64,000 nt of DNA from Phoronis australis. Lineage: Eukaryota > Animalia > Phoronida. The notes beneath the pieces were generated by a model. It saw nothing but the letters and a program-made list of their open reading frames with translations. It made no database searches and was not told the DNA's origin. The translations under genes were made by a program, and so were the position numbers. Shown here piece by piece: positions 55,301-64,000 of this stretch. The stretch is from contig NMRA01000564.1 of assembly GCA_002633005.1 (NCBI GenBank), forward strand, positions 151,438 to 215,437. Direction: 5' to 3'. Every line of letters begins with the position of its first letter. Positions within the stretch are counted from its first letter, which is position 1.

Positions 55301-58300
55301 CAGCCCTAGGGATGGTGGGAGGAACACAAATCTTGAATCTACAGGCTCCCGGTTGCCGTTACGTAAGTTACTAATTTCCAAGATCACTGCTAAGGCGATA
55401 GTGGTCAACAAAGTTATTTCTGGTTGAGCAAATGAAACTTTCTAGATAAGTAACAACCAGGCAGAAAATTTTCTACTGTTCTGCGGCAAAAAAAAATGTA
55501 AAGGCAACAGTCTAAGTCTGTAAAAGGTCATTGGTTTGAAGTCCTCGTGTCGGCTTCTATAACATTTAGAAAAGTGTGCGTTTCTTGAACATTTATAACA
55601 AGGCGACTTAATTAAATATAACTAACTGTACTCAGTTTAGTTCAGTTTATAGCAGCCGGCATAGTTTCATCACTGGCGGATCTTGGATGACAACGGGGGG
55701 GCAACTACAATTTTCGAAAGAAAATGTCTCCTTTTAACCCCCGAAAATGGGATGCCGGTGGCTTTTTATCTCTTTTTTGGTCGTGACCGTAGAGGGGAGG
55801 GAGCATCCCGGTACCTGCCTAAATTTGCATAGTATGTGTTTAGAAATATACGAAGAATATGTCACATGACAGGTTATATAACGTCTCACGTTTTCTTTTC
55901 AGAAAGGGCTCTACTTACACGAATTGGGTCACGCGATAGGATTAGTCCACGAGCATCAACTTCCGGCACGTGATGACTACATTTACATCCAGTACCAGAA
56001 TGTTTTCCAAGGATGGGGAATATGGTTCAATAAATACAAAGATGCAGAAATAAACACACATGGTGTTGACTATGATCTCGGATCAGTGATGCACTACGGT
56101 GTCACGGTAAGCAATCAGGGTAGGCTTCCACCAATCGGACAGTCTCTCAACTTATGATAAGTTTTCTTACGAGTCTTGAAATCGGGTTGCTAGCTGTTTC
56201 GTTTTGTTAGACCGCGGATTTAGCATTTCGTAAACTCTTAGATGAAAGTTCGTCTGCTTTTTGATTTGAAGGCATTCTCAAAAGATGGGACGTCAAAGAC
56301 CATACGAACGCATGATCCTTCGAAAGAACACCTCATTGGACGAGTGTACGAGAAAGGGCTTACGTTCGCCGACATTAAAATTGTCAACTTGATGTACAAC
56401 TGCGCAGGTACTGCAAGTGAAATGAACTAAGACTACATTAAAATGACTGGCATGGGCGGCGTAGCACTGAAATAAGTGGGGGGGGGGGCTATNCCACCGC
56501 CGCTATGGTGCGCCGCCCATGAATGATTGAGGAATTACATGCAGCCCCATAAATTTTTGAATGTGTAATGATAACAACTTTACTGATTCTACGATCGTGC
56601 ACTTAGTAGAGTTTAGGACTGATTCAGTTTTAATGCAAAAACTAGGCATAATTTTATATCAGACGACCGGGAATGTTGTTTTTTGTTATAAACTAAGTGT
56701 TGCTGTTTGCATTTATATTCATGTTCAGCTCATTGTCGAGATGGAAAAAGGTGCATAAAGGGAGGATTCAAAGACAAGCGATGCAACTGTGTTTGTCCCC
56801 CCGGAGTCACCAATTGCGTGGAAGGAGGGGTAGCCCCCAGAACAACTCCAGCACCAACGACGTCTACGGGTGGCGGCGGTGGTGGCAGCGGAGGTGAGAT
56901 GTGGCCAGTTTACATTCAGGGACAAATAATTCCTCCACAAGTGCCAATGTAAGAGCTCGTTGTCTCACAACAATCGCTCTCCGCGCGGGTAAAAAGTACT
57001 GCAGATTGTTATCAACGAACTGATTTTGGGCGCCCTGATAGCGGTGGAACAAGATGGGAAAATGTGAGGTCTTGCAAGGTTTTTGGATGACAGTGACCGA
57101 TTGGGTTACGGCAAAACAGGGTTTTGTCTTGATTTAAGCTTGGCTTATGTCATCTTCGGGAAAAGGTAGCCAGACATGTAATCAATCTTTCCATTTGCTT
57201 AGGAAAAAAGATATATACGGTACATAGCTAGGTTGAATTCCAGACCCTCTTGTTTCCAACAGTTGAAAAACGAAATTCTCGGATATTACAACATAGTAAG
57301 GTAATTTACCATAAGAGCTTGAATTTTGAACAATTTAGTAGTAGGCGAATTCCTTTTGAAGGACTTCTTGTTTGACATTGTAATTCATTTGGTTATGTAC
57401 CATTCCAGTGTGAATGGGTGTGAAAGTTTTGTTATAAAGTGCGTTTATGCATTTACCCCATGCTTTGATTAACATGACTTAATTAAGGCATATTTTATGA
57501 TTAACGTGTACGTGTTTATCACTGTAATTATATAATGTCATGGCTGCCAATGCAATAAAGGTATTTGTTCGAAAAATAGGAAAACTTGTGAAAAACTTAC
57601 TCCTAAGTTGGGCTGAGCGGGATAATGGTCATGCAGTATTACAAAGCATGTTTCAAATTCTATCAGAGCTGTAGATTGTCCCAGTCGGACACTTTGTCCC
57701 GGTAATAGCGATTGTTTTTCATTGTCTCTTCCGTTAGGGTGTACCAACAACCATGGTAGGTGTCCAGTCTGGGCCAACGACGGGTGGTGTACTCGCGGCT
57801 GTACTGAGTGGATGAATGAGAATTGCAAAAAATCTTGTAATAAGTGTACCGAAACGCCCCCGCCACCGCAACGGACTACGCCACTGCTGTCGCCGCCGCC
57901 ACCGCAACGGACTACGCCACTGCTGTCGCCGCCGCCACCCCCAGGATCCACAACGACCACACTCGCCACTCCGCCACCTCCTGCGTCATCGACTACTGTA
58001 GCGCCGCAACCAACGACTGACGGGGGAGAAACAGGCGAAGGTAGAAATGACCTTATTAAAAGTCCAAAGGACTTCGTTTATATTAGCGCTCTTCTGACAG
58101 TTTCAACGAAGTTAACTTGAATACCGCCTCGTGTAGATTCTGCAGTCTATTTCTATATGGGCCGATGAGAGAACCTTTTCCCGGTGTTTCATTCTTAGAC
58201 AAATCACGTTCATGTAATTTGTCGCCGTATCTTCCTTTAACACGCTAATCAAAACGAGCAACAAGATCTCTGCTTAAAATTCTCGATATACAAGTTCATT

Positions 58301-59289
58301 ATGACAAAATGCGTCATTTAAAGGTGCATTTCGCCCCGTTCAGCTTAGGAAAAACTGAAAATCTATTAAAGTGTTTTACTTTCATAAATCGGTATCGTAA
58401 TACTACTTATCATAATAGGATTCTATTTGTTACTAACAAAAACATCGGAACTATCAGAGATTCGAGAATGAAACACTTTAGCGTTTATAGGCGTTGGCCA
58501 AAACTAAAATTGCGAATTCGAAAATGGCGCGTGTAGTCATTGCTTGAGTTGTCGGCTCAAATCAAGAACGGGTGGTCAATGTATTGTTTTTAAACCTCTA
58601 ACGCTTCCGTTAAGAAATCGCGTGCTTGAATTCGCTCGGGTGCACGATCATAATTTATATGAGACTTTAATTTTCGTCCCTGCTTTCGAAAATCTTTTGT
58701 AAACAATAAGCCTCGTTCTTTTTCAGATCCAGGCTGTTACAGGGAAGGACCGCAGAGAGATCTGCCTCTGAGAGCTTACGGAGACCAACAAAACACGCGT
58801 GAACGGTGTCGCGAAGCATGCCGAGAACGGAACTATAAATATGCTGGGGTGCAAAATGGTGTAGGATGCTGGTGTGGCAATAGTTACGGCAGATACGGCA
58901 AGGCTCCCGAGGAGCAATGCAGTTATTCATGTTCCGGTAACGCTGCGCAGACATGCGGCGGCTGGTTTAAGAACTATATTATGAAGGTTATTCCTGATGA
59001 ACGAATTAACTTGCCAGGATGTTTCCGAGAGTCACATGACAGAGAATTGTATCATAGAGCTTACAGCGATGACAACAACACGCGAGACCGTTGCAAGACG
59101 GTATGTCGAGAGGGTGGTTATAAATATGCGGGTGTACAAAATGGCGTAGGATGCTGGTGCGGAAACGAGGCGGGCGTTCATGGAGCAGCACAAGCGTCAG
59201 AATGTAGCACGCCGTGCTCGGGAAATCGGGACGAGACATGCGGTGGATGGTACATAAATTACGTAATGGAATCTGGCTATGGGTCTTAG
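52327..59289 (+). CDS. Secreted astacin (M12A) zinc metalloprotease with EGF-like, ShK, Pro/Thr linker and two WSC domains (exons 52327-52368, 52932-53061, 54066-54189, 54503-54594, 55172-55362, 55903-56106, 56272-56407, 56729-56893, 57738-58040, 58727-59289)
   Basis: Signal peptide, pro-region ELDMMLT and basic site KRRRR. The catalytic domain has WTNGVVPY, zinc motif HELGHAIGLVHEH and Met-turn SVMHY. ShK reads C-x6-CPVWANDGWC...WMNENCKKSCNKC. Each WSC repeat has GC[YF]RE...YKYAGVQNGVGCWCGN...C...CSGN...TCGG. Exon phases are consistent. Confidence 0.92.
57860..57940 (+). repeat. Coding tandem repeat, 2 x 36 bp (PPPQRTTPLLSP)
   Basis: ccgccaccgcaacggactacgccactgctgtcgccg is duplicated exactly. 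Confidence 0.9.
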
Positions 59290-59324
59290 AAGAAACAATA
59301 TTCCTGTATGAAAAAGGGGATATA

Positions 59325-59325
<1 letters not shown>

Positions 59326-59349
<24 letters not shown>
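59326..59349. repeat. (TA)n microsatellite in the astacin 3' UTR
   Basis: A tatata run starting about 35 bp after the stop codon. Confidence 0.9.
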
Positions 59350-59355
<6 letters not shown>

Positions 59356-59473
59356 TCATTGCTGCAACTTAAAGTGTACGAATGTGAGCGCCACGAGTCG
59401 GGGAAGGTGATATCAGCCACACCGAGAGATGAGCCAGGTCGCGAAGGCACTGCACCGTATTGCCGCGCCATTA

Positions 59474-59597
59474 GGCCCATGGCTGTCTTTGCGGAACTGC
59501 GCTTATGTGCGAAACTTAGGCGCATGCGCCAATATGAAAACTACTTGGGCAAAAAGGTCGCCGGAAAAAGTCATTATTTCGGATAGCTTCATGGGCC
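59474..59597. mobile_element. Small Tourist/Harbinger-like MITE
   Basis: tta|ggcccatg ... catgggcc|taa, with internal inverted gcggaa/accg segments. Confidence 0.4.
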
Positions 59598-61959
59598 TAA
59601 AGGCGTGGTTATACCGTAAATGTGTATACTTAAACAACATTATCACCGTCACAGATGACAACACTTCCTTTTTGCTCCAACAAGAACAACAGATGGGTGC
59701 ATCGCTCAAAAATTATGTTAATACCCAGTAAAGTTGATTTTCAGAACTCAATATTTGTTCATTTGTGACGTTCAACCGAATTTCAAGTTATACAGCATTA
59801 TAAAGAAAAGCTCACAAAACTAAGAACATTTCACACATTATATTTGTCCTTCCTACACCCTGATTTCTGTTAACTATGGGAGTGGATAAGATGGTCAAAC
59901 ATTTATTCCGGAGGAGTGTTCAGCCATGGTTCAAGTTCCGTTTATGAGTTTTGGTCGACTTATGTTTTCAAATTTATTGTCGTCTTGTGAGTAGACCTAC
60001 GAATAACGTGTTGTTTCTAGGAAGCATTTGATCGTGTAATTATGAAGTACGAATGGTCGAAGTTTTATATCCTTCGACGAGTCCCTGGGAGTCCCAAGGA
60101 TGTAACACAACTGTCTTCAGGAGAAAAAACTAAAGACGGTTGCTCAATTCGCCAGCATTAGCCCCCCCCACGCTTGCAGTGTGTACTTACACGGTTTGTG
60201 AATTTAACTGAAGACCTTGTCAAAGGAAATAATTTTGTTATCCTAAAGTGGCTATGAACACGGGATCGTCCAAGAAGCAAACTTTTGTTTTGACCACCGT
60301 GACTTGGAGAAGTAAATATGGTCAAAACTTGTTCCTTAATAGTATAAGTGGTTTCTGGATTTGCAAAGAATTGACATTTTGTTTTTATTTGAAAAGCCTT
60401 GACAAGACATTTTCTCTGTTCACGAGTAATAACAAACTGTCAGTTCTTTGTAATCCCTGAAATCACTCCAGTTTAACTATGGAACAATTTGAGACCTATT
60501 TTTATAACGGTTTGTGGTTTAAATTATAAATGTTGTTTTTGTGACGGAACTTCGGGAGATTTATAGACGCTTCAACCTACTGGTTACCAAAAAGTCTTTC
60601 CGGCTCGTGTCTCAAACAACGCATCTTGGAGCACGTGTCTCAAATAACACATCTTGAAATGATATAAACAAGCAAACTTTATGCGTATATGTATTCCCCT
60701 TCAGGTGCCAATTTTTTCCACAAATCTCATGGAATTCCGCTGAGACAGGTCATTCAGTTATTGCGCTACGGGTCGGAATGCCGTCACATGTATTAACATA
60801 GCACATAAAGAGCATTCAGCTGTCCGAAAATGTCAATCTCTCATCACGAAAAGAATATAAACACATATCAAATCGAAATTCATAATTTAATAATGTTCTT
60901 TCAGCAAAATAATTACAAAATTCACTAAAGATTTCGCAGTTTACTTTTTAAATTTTTGAAGTTTTAATTTCTACAAAATGCATATGGTTGAATGGCAATC
61001 CACAGTAAAACCGATGCGAAAGCACATGTATTTGGCTATAGGGCACGTTCCTATTACACTGACATTTTTCAAATGATAAAAAACTTTTTGTCATTGGTGA
61101 GAGCAAATTAAGGAAGGCGTGTCGTTGTGAGAGAGTTAATTGCAATTAACAATTAAAATTGTTCACGTACCGGTACATATAGTATGTTCAAGAATAAACT
61201 GCGGGTTCCCGCTGAGGTTTTCCAATACCACCGTCTTTGAGCAAGACGATAAAACTTAAAAAGCTTACAGTCGAACCGCGTGACAACGTACGTGAACGTT
61301 CCAGGGTCGCAAACGTTTAGGTCCTAGCGGGAGGCGTGTTCCGATGTAGCATTAAATCTTGACCAAGCGAAAATTGCCCTTGCGTCATTTTGTATTATTG
61401 TTTTCAAGGTTGACAAACGATCGTGGGTCGGTTTTAACCGGGTCTCAATATGATCATAGACTATATAATCTATGATATGATGTGCAAATTGTGTACAAAT
61501 GACGTAATTGCCAGTTGTTAAAAGTGAAAAATTGTGGCATATCCGATGGTGATTAAATAAAAAATGAACAAGCCTTATTGCCTGTATTTTGCAGCAAATG
61601 TGGTCGTTTTGAACCTCAAGCCTTAATTGCCTGAAACTTGAGTGTCATTAAACTGTTTCCAACATTCCGTTGGTGCATACATAGAAATTCGAACATAAAA
61701 TTTCGTTTGGCAGTGTAAATCATAGACATCACAAGATTATTAAGATGTCTATAGTGTAAATTCTTAACCAAAGTGAAGCTAAAATAACACTAACTTTAAG
61801 CCACCGATTTCCCAAACTTTAAGAACGGAAATAAAATGATTCAAACACGCCTAAATAATGCGTCCACATATAAATATGTGGGCGCATAAAAACAACACAG
61901 ATAACAATGCGCCCACGAATGCACCGCTAACGATGAGCTTCTAGGGGTGTTTACTTGAA

Positions 61960-63422
61960 ACTTGAAATGGCAACTAGATGGCGCAAAATATGTCGAGTCC
62001 ATCCAAAAACTTGTATGTGTCATCAAAGCTACTTACCAAATTTCATAAAAATCCGTCAAGGAACATCGCAGAAAATAGAGGAAATGAACGAAAAAATGAA
62101 ATTGCCACTAAGTGGCTATAAGCAAAAAACGCAACTGCCATTAAGAGGCGCCAAAGTAGATAAAGTCGTCGGAAATTCATCGTCAGACTTCCGCTTCACA
62201 TTAGGAATTCCACAACTATCCTTAAAGTGATTTGGTTGACAGAGGAGCAGAACCAAACAACAAGACTCGAAAACAGTAAAAATGTCCACAAGGTGGCACA
62301 AAAAGCCTCGAATTTTACCAAAAACCGGATGATAGCGTCACCTCACTATTAGATGCCTAACCTGCCAAATTTTATGAAAATCCATTGACGACCTCTTAAG
62401 ATACAGAGGTAAACGTAAAGAACTAAAATTGCCACTAGGGGGCACACCGGTAGCCCTATCCGTCCGAAAGTCGTCACCCTCTGTTGTCAACTTCAGGCAC
62501 CAGCAAAATTCAATACAGATCCTGTAGAGCATTTAAGAGATACAGCCATGGGCACAAAAACAAATAAAACTGCCACTAGGAGACGCCACAGTAATCGAAG
62601 TTGTCGGTAAATCGTCGTCAGCTGCCTTCTTCACAATAAGAATATATATGCCAATTTTCAAAATCATAGAGCGGTTTGGTTGATAGAACGGCGGTCGCAA
62701 AAAACAGACTCGAAAACAGTAAAAATGGCCACTAGGTGGCGCAACGTACCTCCAATCCGTCCGAAAACAAGAGGATGGCATCATCTCACTATAATAGATG
62801 CCTAACTGCCAAATTTTACGAAAATCCGTTGAGGACCTCCAAATATACAGAGGTAAGACTGAAAAATTAAAATTGCCACTAGGGGGCACACCAGTAGTCG
62901 GAGAGGGCCAAAATTCATTGTCATTTGTCGTCAGCTTCATGGGAACACATCTGCCAAATCTCATCAGTCAAGATCCTGTGAGGGGTTTAGGAGATACAGC
63001 CATAGGCGCAAAAACAAACAAAACTGCCACTAGCAATCGCCACAGCATTTGAGGTCGTCGAAAAATTGCAGCCAGCCAATTTTCAAAATCATAAATCATC
63101 CCTGGAGCGATTTGGTTGATAGAATGGCGGACACCAAAAACAGTAAAATTGGCCACTAGGTGGCGCAAAATACCTCGACTCCGTCCGAAAACAGGAGGAT
63201 GCCATCACCCATTAATAGATGCTTTTAAAACTGCCAAATTTTATGAAAATCCGTTGAGGGCTTCTGAAGATACAGAGGTAAGCGTAAAAAACTAAAATTC
63301 CCACTAGGGGGTAAACTGGTAGTTAGAGAGGTTCAAAATTCGTCGTCCTCCGTCATCAGTTTCAAAGGAACACATCTGCCAAATCTCATCAAGATCCTGT
63401 GAAGGGTTTAGGAGATACAGCA
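61960..63422. repeat. Degenerate tandem repeat (~420-440-bp units) rich in CTCF-like motifs; possibly a Helentron/DINE-type core repeat
   Basis: Blocks tgccaaattttatgaaaatcc, gatacagaggtaa, gccactagggggcac, gatcctgt..ggagatacagc and gccactaggtggcgc recur with a period of ~430 bp. Confidence 0.75.
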
Positions 63423-64000
63423 GCAGACGCAGGATGCCGGACGTCTAGACAGAGACAACTGCAATATGAGACCACATATAAATACGTGGGTGCATAAAAA
63501 GTAAACCAACTTGGACATTTAGCAGCAAACTTTATTATCATCAGTACCCACTGTGTATTGTGGATATTTTTCTCGTAACACATTTTTCTCATAACAAGTT
63601 TCTTTGTTTCCTCCAACACGTTGCCAGCATCAAAATGCACAAATCTGAGAGATTCTCACCTGTTTAGCTAGTACACTGGCTAGAATACCAACACAGTACA
63701 GAAAGTGAGATACTACACCACTCAATCAAAATCACCTTAACCTTGAATGGAGGACTGACTCTACACCAAAACTGAGGTTCAACTCGGCCTTTGTCTTAAT
63801 TCTTTTAAGACTGAAAATCTAGAAATGATCATTTTGTCATATTCCTGCCTTGTTTATATTTTTATCCCATAACATCAAAAAGCAATCGTACCAACAACAT
63901 TCCCTTCATCATAAGTACAACGGGCAATAAGAACTATTTACACACTTACTTAACAAAGTGTAAGCCCTCTTACACATGCACTTACTTAACAAAGTGTAAG

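Noticed and set aside
62533-63168. ORFs of 66-143 aa in the terminal repeat region
   Set aside because: They are translations of the tandem repeat and show no coding signature.

Overview
This window is AT-rich, intron-rich eukaryotic DNA, most likely from a bilaterian marine invertebrate (an inference; the species cannot be determined here). I assembled five spliced genes by hand from GT/AG sites and exon-phase matching. (1) A small secreted Cys-rich orphan protein (minus, ~267-1926). (2) A VWD-domain protein with a cysteine-depleted C8-like tail (minus, ~6797-11965, 5' end unresolved). (3) A FASTKD5-like mitochondrial RNA-processing factor with a RAP domain (plus, 18274-25536). (4) The kinesin-5 gene KIF11/Eg5 (minus, 27893-47063, about 22 exons). 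(5) A secreted astacin metalloprotease with EGF-like, ShK, Pro/Thr linker and two WSC domains (plus, 52327-59289). Introns and intergenic DNA carry many small non-autonomous transposons whose target-site duplications (TSDs) can be read directly: 5 bp, 6 bp, TTAA and AT. The most notable element is a complete 461-bp miniature LTR retrotransposon at 17327-17787. It has TG..CA LTRs, a 4-bp TSD and a polypurine tract, and each LTR contains a tRNA-like Pol III promoter (Helenus/Cassandra-type design). Also notable are two ~950-bp MITEs with tRNA-like segments that form a 2.4-kb inverted repeat beside the KIF11 promoter, and a tandem repeat with a regularly spaced array of CTCF-like motifs near the right end. 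Exon coordinates are manual and may be off by a few bases.
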